The notes beneath the pieces were generated by a model. That model was not told the DNA's origin. It searched no databases and worked only from the letters and a program-made list of their open reading frames with translations. Positions 11,670 to 24,991 of a stretch of 64,000 nt of DNA are shown here, piece by piece. Source of the stretch: Chiloscyllium plagiosum (lineage: Eukaryota); the NCBI RefSeq assembly GCF_004010195.1, contig NC_057759.1, positions 6,518,734-6,582,733 of the forward strand, given 5' to 3'. The stretch's first letter is position 1. The number at the start of each line of letters is the position of its first letter. The position numbers and the translations under genes were made by a program.

Positions 11670-12960
11670 ATGGTTACCAGTCGATGTGCTTATTGATTGA
11701 ATCTGTGGATGAGTGCCATGCCTCTAGGAATTCCCTGGCTGTTCTCTGTTTGGCTTGTCCTATAATAGTAGTGTTGTCTATAAAGTTTCTGGTTGGACTG
11801 AAACAGACAAAGGTGAAAGTGAGTACTGCAGATGCTGCAAACTCACCGACTCCCACAGCTACCTGGAGTATACCTCTGTCCACCCAGCCTCCTGCAAAAA
11901 TGTCCCTTATCCCAATTCTTCCACCACCACCGCCGTATCTGCTCCCAAGAGGATCAGTTCCACCACAGAACACGCCAGATTGGCCTCCCTCTTTCAAGAC
12001 TGCAATTTCCCCTCCCAAGTAGGGGTTGATGTCCTCCAGTGCATCTCGTCCACTTCCCGCCCCTCAGCCCTCGAACCACACCCCTCCAACCACAACAAGG
12101 ATAGAACGCACCCCCCCACCTACCTCTGTATACATCGCATCATGCTTTGCCATCAACAGACCCCATCACCAGAGATATATTTCCTTCCCCACCTCTATCC
12201 GCTTTCCGTCAAGACCGTTCACTCCGCAACAACCTCATCAGGTCCACACCTCCAAACAACCCACCCTCCCCTGCCACAGCAGGAATTGCAAAACCTGCGC
12301 CCACACCTCCCCCACCACTTCCATCCAAGGACCCAAAGGAGCCTTCCACATCCATCAAAGTTTCACCTGCACTTCCACACGTCATTTACTGTATCCGCTG
12401 CTCCCGATGCAATCTCCTCGACATTGGGGAGATAAGATGCCAACTCGCAGAGCGCTTCAGAGAACATCTCTGAGACACTACACTACCAACCACACCACAC
12501 CGCACCATGGCCCAACACTTCAACTGTCCCTCCCACTGCTGAGGAATGCAGGTCCTGGGCCGCCTCCGTCACCATTCCCTTACCACCCGATGCCTGGAGG
12601 AAGAACACCTCATCTTCCACCTCAGGACCCTCCAACCCCATGGCATTGATGTGGACTTCACCAGTTTCCTCATTTCCCGTTCCCCACCTTACCCCAGTTC
12701 CAAACTTCCAGCTCAGCACTGTCCTCATGACCTGTCACATCTGTCCGTCTTCCTTCCCACCTATCTGCACCACCCTCCACCCTGACCTATCACCTTTACC
12801 CCCACCTTCATCCACCTGTTGCATTCTCATCTAAATTCCCATCGACCCCAATTCCCTCCAATTTATCTCTCCACCTCCAAGACTCCCAGCCTCATTCCTG
12901 ATGAAGGGCTTTGATTTTCCTGCCTGCCCTTCTCTGCTTTTCCAGCACCACACTCTTGAA
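11670..12960 (+). mobile_element. Penelope-like fragments (two families)
   Basis: Plus-strand frames HSYLEYTSVHPASCK and HVIYCIRCSRCNLLDIGE...LAERFREHL (GIY-YIG); minus-strand fragment 11674-11780 reads AREFLEAWHS. Confidence 0.85.
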
Positions 12961-13171
12961 ACAGACAAAACAAAGTTTTCTACTACAACATGAAGAAATG
13001 GAGAATGATGTTGTGATAAAGATGGGGATGGCAGGCTCTCTGCTACCATGATACATTTATGCAAATAGATGCTGGCTGATCAGGATGAAAATTGTTAGCT
13101 GGTTGTTTCTGATCAGTGCAGACTCAAAGGTTTTGAACATCTTCTTATGGTTGTTCAAAGTAATTGCATCA

Positions 13172-13412
13172 GCTGAGCTGGAAGTTTGGAACTGGGGTAA
13201 GGTGGGGAATGGGAATTGAGGAAACTGATGAAGTCCACATCAATGCCATGGGGTTGGAGGGTTCTGAGGTGGAAGATGAGGTGTTCTTCCTCCAGGCATC
13301 GGGTGATAAGGGAATGGTGACGGAGGAGGCCCAGGACCTGCATTCCTCAGCAGTGGGAGGGGCAGTTGAAGTGTTGGGCCATGGTACGGTGTGGTTGGTA
13401 GTGTAGTGTCTC
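13172..13412 (-). mobile_element. Inverted duplicate of Penelope segment 12472-12717
   Basis: Near-identical reverse complement; both translate MQVLG.LRHHSL.TRCLEEEHLIFHLRTLQPHGIDVDF. Confidence 0.9.
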
Positions 13413-13899
13413 TGTGTTGTAGGCCTCTCTGACAAGGGATCTGTGGGAAGAAATCATTTTGTTTGTAACATTTTCTGTCGCTCCCAATGTCAATGGAACT
13501 GTTAGACATTGTAACGTGTGTCAGGATAGTGTATGTTTTTGAAACGCATTGTAAGTCAGAGAAAGGGTGAGAGTGTGTGCGTGGGGTGGGGAATGGATGT
13601 GTGGTTACGTACCGACACATTAATCATTCTCTCTGTCAAACTTTGACACAGAATGTGCCTTTGGAAGTCATATTATTTGATTGCTGTATCTATGTATGTG
13701 ACAAAAGATTAATTGTCATTCTCAGTTACTGATAGCTGAAATGTTTCTTTCAACATCTGTACTCAACATCCACTTATGGTTGTTCAAAGTAATCGCATCA
13801 GCTTTTTGTTTGCCTTGATTGTAACATTAATATTATTGTTACTAAATGCAGACGACATAAAAATGGGTAGGAGATGTAGGGAGTACAAAAGCTTGTATG

Positions 13900-14200
13900 T
13901 GGTGGGTGGCACTGCAGTCTCAGTGCCAGGGACCTGGGTTTGATTCCAGCTTCAGGCGACTGTCTGTGTGGAGTTTGCATGTTCTCCCCATGTCTGCGTG
14001 AGTTTCCTCCGGGTGCTCCAGATTCCTCTCAATCCAAAAGATGTGCAGGTCAGGTGGATTGGCCAAGCTAAATTGCCCCATAGTGTCAGGTGCATTAATC
14101 AGAGAGAAATGGGTCTGGGTAGGTTACACTTCGGAGGGTCTGTGTGGACTGGTGAGGCCGAATGGCCTGTTACCACATTGTAGGCAATCTAACATAATCT
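13900..14200 (+). mobile_element. tRNA-derived SINE (HE1-like)
   Basis: B-box-like GGGTTTGATTCC, body TGTGTGGAGTTTGCATGTTCTCCCC, CR1-like 3' end. Confidence 0.85.
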
Positions 14201-14924
14201 TGTTCAAGGATACAGTGGGATATAGATCAGTTGCAGATATGGGTGGAGAAATGGCAGATTGAGTTTAATCTGGCACAGTGTAAGATGCTGGACGTTGGGA
14301 GATCAAATGTTACGGAAAGGTATGCAGTAAATGATTGTACTCTGAACACCTTTGACATACAGAAGGATCTTGGGGTTCAAGTCTATAGCTCCCTGAACAT
14401 GGCCACACAAGTAGACAGGATGGTATCTAGAGGAAGGCGTATGGCATGCTTGCCTTATTGGTCGAGGAATTGAGTACAAGAGTCAGGATGTCATTGCAGC
14501 TTTATAAGACTTTGGTTAGGCCGTACTTAAGAGTATTGTGACAAAAGGTTAACTCTGTCCTTCTCAGTTACTGATAGCTGAAATGTTTCCTTCAATATCT
14601 GTACTCACTATCTACTTCAGATATGGTTGTTCAAGCTACCAGCATCGTTTCTTTGTTCACCCTGATTGTAATGTTAAACGTATCCTCCCTGGGATGGAAT
14701 TAGCTGCCAGAACACGGATGGACGGACGGACGGACGCGGATGGAATACCCAAGCATGCGCATACACACATCCTCCGATGCACCCACATTCACATGCCCAC
14801 ACACTGGGCTGAATTTGCATTTGCAGACACATTCTAATTTTGCTCAATCTACAGACACTCAATCCATGTAATATTTTATAAATTCCTACTTTGGAAATAG
14901 AACCAGACTTACTCAAGATTGGGA

Positions 14925-15120
14925 GAAAGTGAGGACTGCAGATGCTGGAGATCAGAGCTGAAAAATGTGGAAAAGCGCAGCCGGTCAGGCAGCATCCAAG
15001 GACCAAGAGAATCGACATTCAGGATTCCTGAAGAAGGGCTTATGCCCGAAACGTCGATTCTCCTGCTCCTTGGATGCTTCCTGACCTGCTGCGCTTTTCC
15101 AGCAACACATTTTTCAGCTC
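14925..15120. mobile_element. Short fold-back Penelope-derived element with intact hammerhead
   Basis: Internal inverted repeat; CTGAAGA-AGGGCTTATGCCC-GAAACGTC at 15028-15055; flanked by direct repeat CTCAAGATTGGGA (14912-14924 and 15122-15134). Confidence 0.85.
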
Positions 15121-15664
15121 GCTCAAGATTGGGATACAGTCAGACTCTAACCTCTCGTCTTTAATATGTTGCCTGAGCTGAGATGTCACCCTTTTTAAAA
15201 TAAAACCTGAAGTCATCTTGACAATGTGACTTTAAAGAAGTTCTAGGATGCATATATTAATTAACCGCAACCCGTTCTAAAAGATGAATCACTGAACAAT
15301 AATCTAGGTTTGTTCAATATATAATTTCATTTGCATGACACTAATCTTTAGCTATAAATTCTGTGTCTTATTATCCTGTTTCACAGCTACCTGATGAAGG
15401 AGCAGCACTGTGTAAGCTCATACTTCCGAATGAACCTGTTGGATTATAATCTGGTGTGTGATTCTTAACTGAAGAGTATTGCATTTAGTTGTGGTCGGCA
15501 CATTACAGGAAAGATGTGGAGGATTTAGGGAGGATGCAGAAGAGGTTTGCCAGAATATTGTCCAGATTAGAGGGTATGAACTATAAAGAGAAGCTAGAAA
15601 CACCCGAGTAGTTTTCTTCTGAGCAGCAGCGACCGAGGGGAAATGTAATGGAAGTGTAGAAAGT

Positions 15665-18597
15665 TTTGAGTAGATTTGTAGCTCAGGTTGAGGTTCTGGA
15701 TCTAGCTTTGCTGATTGAGCTGGAAGGTTTGTTTTCAGACATTTTGTCACCATACTTGGTAACATCATCAGTGAGCCTCCGGATGTAGCACCGGAGATAT
15801 GGCCCGCTTTCTATTTATAAGTCCACTACATTAGACAAACAGGCAAAAAACTAGCCACCAGGATACATGTACATCACCTACCACAAAATGAAATGATCCA
15901 CTCTCACTAGTATCCTTGCATACAGATGAGGAAGGACAGCACTTTGACTGCAACAGCACAGCCATCCTAGGACAAGCCAAATCGGGACATGAACGAGAAT
16001 TCCCAGAAGCATAGCATTCCAACCGGAATTCCACCAACAAACATTTTGACTTGGATCCCATTTACCACCCCCTGAGAAAAAGAACAGGAAGTGACATCAC
16101 CACAGGAAACTACAGAAATGTGACACAGGAATGGACATGACTGACAATTTAATGTTCCAGGATACAAATGCTATAGGAAGGACAGAAAGAGAGGCAAGAG
16201 AGGAGGGGGAGTGGCATTTTTCATAAGGGATAGCATTACAGCTGTACTTAGGGAGGATATTCCTGGAAATACATCCAGGGAAGTTATTTGGGTGGAACTG
16301 AGAAACAAGAAAGGGATGGTCACCTTATTGGGATTGTATTATAGACCCCCTAATAGTCAGAGGGAAAGTAGGAAACAGTTCTCAGTTGCCTGTAACAATA
16401 ATAGGGTGATTATGGTAGGGGATTTTAACTTTACAAACATTGAATGGGACTGCCATAGTGTTAAGGGTTTATATGGAGAGGAATTTGTTAAGTGTGTGCA
16501 AAACACTTTTCTGATTCAGTATGTGGATGTACCTACAAGAGAAGGTGCAAAACTTGACCTGCTCTTGGGACAAGAGGGAGGGCAGGTGACTGAGGTGTCA
16601 ATGGGGTAGGACTTTGGGGCCAGTGACCATACCACTATTAGTTATAAAATAGTGATTGGAAAGGATAGACCAGATCTAAAAGTTGAAATTCTAAATTGGA
16701 GGAAGGCCAATTTTGATGGTATTAGGCAAGAACTTTCAAAAGCTGATTACTTGCAAACATTTGCCCCCAAAGGGCTGGCTGGAAAATGGGAAGCCTTCAG
16801 AGATAAGACAACAGGAGTCCAGAGAAAGCATATTCCTGTGAGGGTGAAAAGAAAGGCTCATAGGTATAGGGAATGCTGGATATCTTGAAACGCATAAAAG
16901 TAGATAAATCCCCAGGACTGATCAGGTGTACCCGAGAACTCTGTGGGAAGCTAGGAAAGTGATTGCTGGGGCCACTTGCTGAGATATTGTATCATCGATA
17001 GTCACAGGTAAGGTGCCGGAAGAATGGAGGTTGGCTAACGTGGTGCCACTGTTTAAGAAAGGTGGTAAGGATAAGCCAGGCACCTATAGACCAGTGGGCC
17101 TGAAGTGAGTGGTGGGCAAGTTGTTGGAGGGAATCCTGAGGGACAGGATGTACGTGTATTAGGGAATGCAAGGACTAATTAGGGATAGTCAACATGGCTT
17201 TGCGCATGTGAAATCATGTCTCACAAACTTGATTGATGTTTTTGAAGAAGCAACAAAGTGGATTGATGAGGGCAGAGCGGTAGATATGATCGATATAGAC
17301 TTCAGTAAGGCATTTGATAAGGTTCCCCATGGGAGACTGGTGAGCAAGGTTAGATCTCATGGAATACAGGGATAACTAGCCATTTGGATACAGAACTGGC
17401 ACAAAGGTAGAAGACAGAGGGTGGTGGTGGAGGGTTGTTTTTCAGCCTGAAGGTCTGTGACCAGTGAAGTGCCACAAGGATCGGTGCTGGGTCCACTACT
17501 TTTCATCATGTATATAAATGATTTGGATAAGAGGTATAGATAGTAAATTTACTGATGACACCAAAATAGGAGGCATAGTGAACAGCGAAGAAGGTTACTT
17601 CAGATTACAACGGGATCTTGATCAGATGGGCCAAAGGTGAGAATTGGCAGGTGGAATTTAATTCAGATAAATGTGAGGTGCTGCATTTTGGGAAAGCAAA
17701 TCTTAGCAGGACTTATACACTTAATGGTAAGGTCCTAGGGAGTGTTGCTGAAAAAAAGAGACCTTGGAGAGCAGGCAGATCGGATAATGAAAGCGTTTGG
17801 TATACTTTCCTTTATTGGTCAGAGTATTGAGTACAGGAGTTGGGAGATCATGTTGCGGTTGTACAGGACATTGGTTAGCCCACTGTTGGAATATTGCGTG
17901 CAATTCTGGTTTCCTTCCTATCCAAAAGATGCTGTGAAGCTGTGAAACTTGAAAGGGTTCAGAAATGACTTACAAGGATGTTGCCAAGGTTGGATGATTT
18001 GAGCTATAGGGAGAGGTTGAATAGGCTAGGGCCGGTTTTCCTAGAGCATCGGAGGCTGAGGGGTGACCTTATAGATTTTTATAAAGGCATGGATAAGATA
18101 AATAGACAAAGGCTTTTCCCTGGTGTGGGGGAGTCCAGAACTAGAGGACATAGGTTAGGATGAGAGGGAAAAGATATAAAAGAGACCTAAGGGGCAACTT
18201 TTTCACCCAGAGGGTGGTACATGTATGGAATTAGCTGCCAGAGGAAGTGGTGGAGGCTAGTACAATTGCAGCATTTAAAAGGCATCTGGATGGGTAGATG
18301 AAAATGAAGGGTTTGGAGGGATATGGACCAGGTGCTGGCAGGTGGGATTAGATTGGGTTGGGATATCTGATCGGCATGGACGAGTGGACCACATAATCCG
18401 TTTCCATGTTGTACATCTCTATGACTCAACGTTACCATAGGAAATGATGTCACCTTCCCAAGGAAACCTAAACACACAAATATAAAGTGGGCCATACCAT
18501 CAGTGCTTCATCCGGAGGCTCACTGATGGTACCTAGTGTGGTGATGAACTGTCTGAAAACAAATCTTACAGCTCAGCAAGCAAACCTATATCCAGAA
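15665..18597. mobile_element. Penelope-like element split by a CR1 insertion
   Basis: Inverted terminal part 15665-15820, body 15825-16108, resuming at 18430-18597; degenerate hammerheads near 15740-15772 and 18522-18556. Confidence 0.7.
16108..18427 (+). mobile_element. CR1 LINE ORF2 remnant (APE endonuclease plus RT, internally deleted)
   Basis: GLYYRPPN...MVGDFNF...LDLLL (endonuclease); QHGF...SCLTNLI...[11 protein letters not shown] (RT); 3' tail CTCTATGACTC. Confidence 0.93.
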
Positions 18598-19589
18598 GTC
18601 TCTAAAATTGAGACGCATGGTTAAGGTTGATGGTCAGAATCTTTTTCCAAAAACTGAAATGTTTACAACTAACAGGCATGCATATAAGGTGAGAGGGGGA
18701 AAGTTCAAAGGAGACATATGGGGCAGTTTATTTTAAACAGAGAGTGGTAGGAGTGGAATGCACTGCCAGGGGTGGAGGTGGAGGCAGATACGATAAGGGT
18801 ATTGAAAGGACTTTTAGGTAAAAAAATGAATATGCAAGAACTGGAGGGTTATGGATCAAGGGCAGGCAGAAGGGATTCATTTCATTTGGCGGCATGTTCC
18901 GCACTATATCGTGGGCTGAAGGACCCATTCCTGTGCTGTACTGTTCGATGTTCAGATTTAATGCAGTGTATAATTTCGGATGAGGATTCATTCAAGTTGA
19001 TTGAAACTGGGTAACATGCATATAGAAGAGAGATTAAATAGATAGAAACTTCCATTTCATTGGTGGTGTTTGACTTTGAACATATCTGGAAATGGAGCTC
19101 AATGTGAGTCTGACTCAATCCACTCTGACTGTGGAAAGGATGTTCTTCGCTCTGGTCGCAGTAACATACCTGCTGTTTGTTCGAAGCAGCTGGTCACACT
19201 TGGCTCTGTATCGAGGGAATATTACATTGTCTTGGTCCTTTGAGTACTTGCCTGGAGGAAGACAGAAGAGATACCTCCTGTAAACCAACATCAACTGTGA
19301 TTGGCAACATCAATGTAACATTCAGTTCCTCATTCTTAAGATTTTTTTATTTAAAGCCAGCAAATTAAACAGAACCACAGGTCTGATTCCACTCCTGCCC
19401 TGAGCTGCTCCTTGTCCATTTTTTCTTAAAATTGTAAGACCAATTGAGTAAGATCCAGAAACTAAACAACAGCTCCATGAATGGGGCCACGTGATGCAAG
19501 TGAGTATGTGGATATGTGAGTTCAGTTATTGATCTTTACCTGTCAGTTCTGGCTTGGTGAATGTGAGGGTCCAATTGATAACTATCAAA

Positions 19590-20583
19590 TCATAAAAATA
19601 ATACAGCACAGAGGGGGCTATTCAGCCCATCTTGTATATACCAAACCAAAGATGCCCTTTCTCATCCCACCTTCATGCCACAGCCCATAGCCTTGTAGTT
19701 TACAGAACTTGAGGTGCAGTTCCATGGATTTTTGTTTAAGAGTTTAGGGTCTCTGCATGCACCACCAAATCAAAGTTAAAAATCACTCAACACAAGATTA
19801 TAGACCAACAGGTTTATTTGGAAGTACTAGGTTTCGGTGTTCTGCTCCTTCATTAGTAGCTCACTATTTAGTATTCGCTATTTAGTATTCCTTAATCATG
19901 TCACCTCTGTGCCAAGGAATATAACCCCAACCTCTCCAATAGGTACAATTCACCAGCACTGGCAACGTTCTAGTAAATCTCCTTTGTACTCTCTCCAGAA
20001 CAATGACGTCTTTCTCGTGATGTGGGAACCCAACTGCACAGTGCCTTATACGGTTTCATAGTTATATCCCTACTTTTGTATTCCATCCCTCTGCCCATGA
20101 AGGAGAGCATTCCACTTGTCTTCTTTACAACCCCATCTACCTTTAGGGACCTGTGAACTTGTACACCAAGGTCTCTCCTATATTCTCATTTATCGTCTAT
20201 TCCCATTTACTGTTTGATGTCCCAAAATGCATTCACTCACACTTCTCAGAGCTGAACTCCATCTGCCACATTTCTGCCCACTCCTCCAAATGATCAATGA
20301 TAGTTATGGAGCTTACAGCTATCCTCCACACTATCCACTACATGGCCAATTTGTGTGTCACCTGTAAATTTCACAAATTTGTCCACCACATTCAAGTCCA
20401 AATCCTTAACGTATAAAACAAACATCAGAGGGTCCAACATTGAGCCATGCAGACCACTGCTTGACAACTTTCCATTCACAAGAGCAGCCATCAACCATTA
20501 CCATTTGTTTCCTGTTATTAAGCCAACTTTGCATCCAATTTACCACATTACCCTGTATCCCATGGCTTTTACAACCAGTCTGC
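19590..20583 (-). mobile_element. Old CR1 fragment
   Basis: Minus-strand frames HGIQGNVVNWMQSWL...QMVMVDG and KFTGDTQIG. Confidence 0.75.
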
Positions 20584-22080
20584 TGTGATGATGCTGCTCC
20601 TTTAATAAGCTTGTAAAAGACACAGACTCCAAAAAGTCTGACTTGATGGGTTTTAGGGCCATTTTGATTATAACTAACAGATAATGCCTCAGGCAAAAGG
20701 CTTCCACATTTTAAAAAAACCCTTGTACAATGAAAGGGAAGTGTCCCAGTTCAGCTTTTCTCTGGTTTGATTTGGTTTTTGGCTGTCTGGCTATTGACTG
20801 AAAGCAGTCAGGCAATTGAAAAAGCTGCTGAACCCAAAGAAGCTGGTCCATGATGGTACTCTCTCTCTGACATTCCTCCTGTAAGACCCTGTGTTTGATT
20901 TTACCTTTTTGTGCCAAAGTGTGTTTGTGGGGACTGTTGCAAGTATTGGGAACAACATTGTTAAGTTGGTATAATCTGTTGGGTTTTTGGATAGGTTAAG
21001 TAATTTAGTATCCTATTCTCTTTGTTGGTTTCATTCGGTAATCTTGTAAATCAATTCTGTTTTGTTTAAAACTATGTGATATGACCAGCTACATCACTCC
21101 TGGGATATCAGAGTTACACCTGCTTAAAACAACTAGCAAAGTTAGGGTCCGGGCTACTTTCTTGAAATGTTTTGAGGGAGTCTGGCCTGGTCCATACCAG
21201 TTTGGGGGCTCTTTGCAGGATTTCTACTATAGTTTCGATTTGGGATTAGGGTTGTTGGACTCGAAGGCAGCGAGAGGTAGGTGTTAGTGTCTTTTGTTCT
21301 GGGTTTTGAATTCAGTTGGTTTAAACAGTGCTTGGGATAGCAATGTCTCTTTCAGTCACCAGGAGTATTGTGGGGTGGAAGAAGTGATTTTGGGGCTTTT
21401 ACAAAAGGTGATTAAGGCCAAGCTGCTGGAAATAGCAGTCAAGCTGGGGTTAAGGCTGCGTCCTTCCATGAGGAAAGGAGAGATAATTACAGCAGTAGCT
21501 CAGCATTTAAATTTGTTGGAAACACCATCAGAATCTTCAGAGATGGCTAAAATTCAATGGAAAATGAAGCAACTTGAGTTAGAGGCAAAAGACAAGCAAA
21601 GGGCAACAGAAATGAAACCGTTTGAATTATGATTAAATGGAGAAGAGAGAGAAAAGAAAGGCAGAGAGGTGGTTTGAACATTGGAAATTGGCACTTAGAC
21701 GGGAGTTCAAAGATCCACTTCCTGTAGTAGTGAAAACTCGTAGAAGAGCAGAGAGCTAAAACAACAAGATTGGCAGCTGAAATGGCTGATGGTTAGCGGT
21801 TGGTCAATAAATCAAAGTTTGGCTTCCAAAACCAATTACAATCCATGAGGGATAGAAATTGAGGATAAGAGAAATCCTCACATGCGAAGGAAATGATAGA
21901 TCTCGGTGAAGATCGTAAGGATGACTTACCACAGGATAAAAAGGAAACCCTTGAAGGGGAAAGAAGTTTTTAAACTAACTTCCGATAGAAATACTAATGA
22001 GATATTCAATCAGGGATTGCGGAATTTATGAAAAAAATATAGTAACAAGTGTGATTTTAACATCAAATTTCGGTATTGTT
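20584..22080 (+). mobile_element. LTR retrotransposon remnant (Gypsy-like): 5' LTR, primer-binding site and gag fragment
   Basis: TG...CA segment 20584-21199 followed by TGGGGGCTC (tRNA-Pro PBS-like) at 21203; ORF 21294-21632 has KAKLLEIAVKLGL...MRKGEII...coiled coil, resembling vertebrate Gypsy gag N-termini. Confidence 0.75.
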
Positions 22081-22793
22081 AGATATTTGTGGAAAAACCC
22101 AATCTCCTCATTGACTCCGTTTGCGTTAACATGGCTTGTGGTGAGGCGGAGGCAGGAGAGACTGGGGGGAAAAATAGCGCCAAGAGATCAACGGCTTATT
22201 TTCAAATTTAAAATTGCCCGCCATCACGGAGAAAAGAGCAGCAAGTTTTACAGAGAATACATGAGCACGTACACGCTGATTGCTTTTTTTCGATTACGAA
22301 ATTAAAGATCAGACCATCTCACTTTACTCCATTCCCGCCTTTACAGTTGAAAAATATGCTTCACTGATGTTCAATCTGCTCTCTCTCTCCAGAGGCAGGG
22401 GATAAAAGATTGGATATGAACCGAGCCGAAAATAAAGCGCAGAGGGTCAGGGACTGTTCCTTACTGTATTCTGCAGCGATTGACTCATTACTGCACTGGG
22501 TCAAACCAGCTCTTCCTACTGCACTTAAAGAAAATGTGAATCTAATCGGCGACATTCTAAAGTCATAAGACATTCCAACAAAACAGATCACTCAAGCAGT
22601 GACCGTTCAATAAAAAATCCTGTCGTTCAGAGCACTCTTACAATGGCATTTTATGACAAATTCTTCCTCTGCTTCTGAAGATGGTGACATTATCCAAATA
22701 AATGGAGCGTGGAATTTATTGATGTCCGATACAAAGGCGAGGAAAATAATCAATCCGACAGAAAGTTTAGCTCCTTTCACAGATGCTGTGAGT

Positions 22794-22809
22794 GGCTCTT
22801 AAAAGAGCC
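22794..22809 (-). promoter_or_regulatory. Histone 3' stem-loop of H2A, with downstream purine-rich element
   Basis: Minus strand reads CCAAA-GGCTCTTTTAAGAGCC-ACTCA, followed by GTGAAAGGAGCT (about 22769-22780), resembling the U7-pairing histone downstream element. Confidence 0.95.
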
Positions 22810-22839
22810 TTTGGGTTGTCAAATTCAAGAATAGTCTCT

Positions 22840-23482
<643 letters not shown>

Positions 23483-23614
23483 TTACAAACAAAGGAATAG
23501 GTTTTAGATTGAAAAGTGAAATACAAAAAAAACTGAGGACGTTAAAAGACACTTACTACTCGTATGTTAATTTACTTTCATTTACGAATGTATCCTTGAC
23601 ACGATCTGTTTCTC

Positions 23615-23780
23615 TGCTGAAAATGTGTTGCTGGAAAAGCGCAGCAGGTCAGGCAGCATCCAAGGAGCAGGAAAATCGACGTTTCGGGCATGAGCCCTGA
23701 AGGAGGTTCATGCCCGAACCTGCTACGCTTTTCCAGCAACACATTTTTAGCTCTGATCTGCAGTCCTCACTTTCTCCTGA
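23615..23780. mobile_element. Short fold-back Penelope-derived element
   Basis: Same family as 14925-15120; flanked by ACGATCTGTTTCTC (23601-23614 and 23781-23794). Confidence 0.85.
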
Positions 23781-24553
23781 ACGATCTGTTTCTCCCTCAT
23801 TTGCCCACCTCTGTCCATTTCTGATCTTGAGAATGAGCAATTTTCTAAACCCTGTGACGAAGCTGAAACAAAACAGGCTAAACACTGTCTTTTCACATTT
23901 CAGTCGCACCCCGGCACGTTGATAACGCAGCACACAACCTCCAGCTCAGTATCAATGGCGAACACGGTGTTTAGTCGATATTTTAAGGTCGTCCTCCCTT
24001 GTCGCTCTCGATCAGATTCAGCAAAAATCACCAAATTTCACATTTCAGTGCGGTAGCTGTTTTGGTGTTCTCTCGGTTCACTTTGAAAGCCTCTCCCCGA
24101 CAGCAGAAAATGCTTTGCTTTTTGTATTCTGAAAAATCGGATTAAACCCGCACTTTGGCAATGTAAAAGAAGGGTAAAATACATCAATCCGTGTGACTGA
24201 AAGCTGTGGGCACTTTCGTTTGGTTTGCCAGGGTGAAAACAACTTAACATTCCACCAGGGCTTTTAGTAAGTTGAAGAAATGCCATGAAAAATGATTCCC
24301 TGACGTGTAATCTGCTCGCTCTCTCTACAGACAGGGAAGAGACTGTTTATGAACTCTCTCCCCTCACCTCGTCAATTTGCAAAGCACTGATAAAATCAAA
24401 TATGACTAAAATACCTCAAGAATCTCATCAAATTGCAAAGTAATCATAAAAGCGAATGCAGTACAAAAATTTAAAACATCTTATGAATCACATGCAAACT
24501 AAAACAAACAACCCTTAAAGAAATGGTTCCGCTGTCTCAGGAAAGTTGTGGGT

Positions 24554-24569
24554 GGCTCTTATAAGAGCC
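24554..24569 (-). promoter_or_regulatory. Histone 3' stem-loop of H2B copy 1
   Basis: Minus strand CCAAA-GGCTCTTATAAGAGCC-ACCCA, about 40 nt after the stop codon. Confidence 0.93.
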
Positions 24570-24610
24570 TTTGGGTTGTGGATGTGTGTGTTTCAGTACA
24601 ATGCGGTCCT

Positions 24611-24991
24611 TCACTTGGAGCTGGTGTACTTGGTCACCGCCTTTGTGCCCTCCGACACGGCGTGCTTGGCCAGCTCCCCGGGCAGCAGCAGCCGCACGGC
24701 GGTCTGGATCTCCCGGGAGCTGATGGTGCTGCGCTTGTTGTAATGGGCCAGGCGGGAAGCCTCCCCCGCGATGCGCTCGAAAATATCGTTGACGAACGAG
24801 TTCATGATGCTCATGGCCTTGGAGGAGATGCCGGTGTCGGGGTGAACCTGCTTCATCACTTTGTAGATGTAGATGGAGTAACTTTCTTTCCTGGTCCGCC
24901 TCCTTTTCTTGCCGCCCTTCGCTGGCGCCTTCTTGATGATTTTCTTAGCGCCCTTCTTGGAAGCTTGCTGTGCTTTCTTCTCATCAGCCAT
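24611..24991 (-). CDS. H2B: Replication-dependent histone H2B, 126 aa, with divergent N-terminal tail
   Basis: [126 protein letters not shown]; ATG at 24991. Confidence 0.98.
   Translation of the reverse strand: MADEKKAQQASKKGAKKIIKKAPAKGGKKRRRTRKESYSIYIYKVMKQVHPDTGISSKAMSIMNSFVNDIFERIAGEASRLAHYNKRSTISSREIQTAVRLLLPGELAKHAVSEGTKAVTKYTSSK

Noticed and set aside
12997-13085. Three-copy module with ATGATG...CTGA and a small internal hairpin, resembling a C/D-box snoRNA (also 38122-38205 and 45240-45320 on -)
   Set aside because: The C box is imperfect in all copies, there is no D' box or terminal stem, and in the best copy it begins a few nt after a splice donor. Duplicated intron sequence explains it better.
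14700-14830. GGAC and CA-rich stretch
   Set aside because: Low-complexity microsatellite-like sequence with no further structure.
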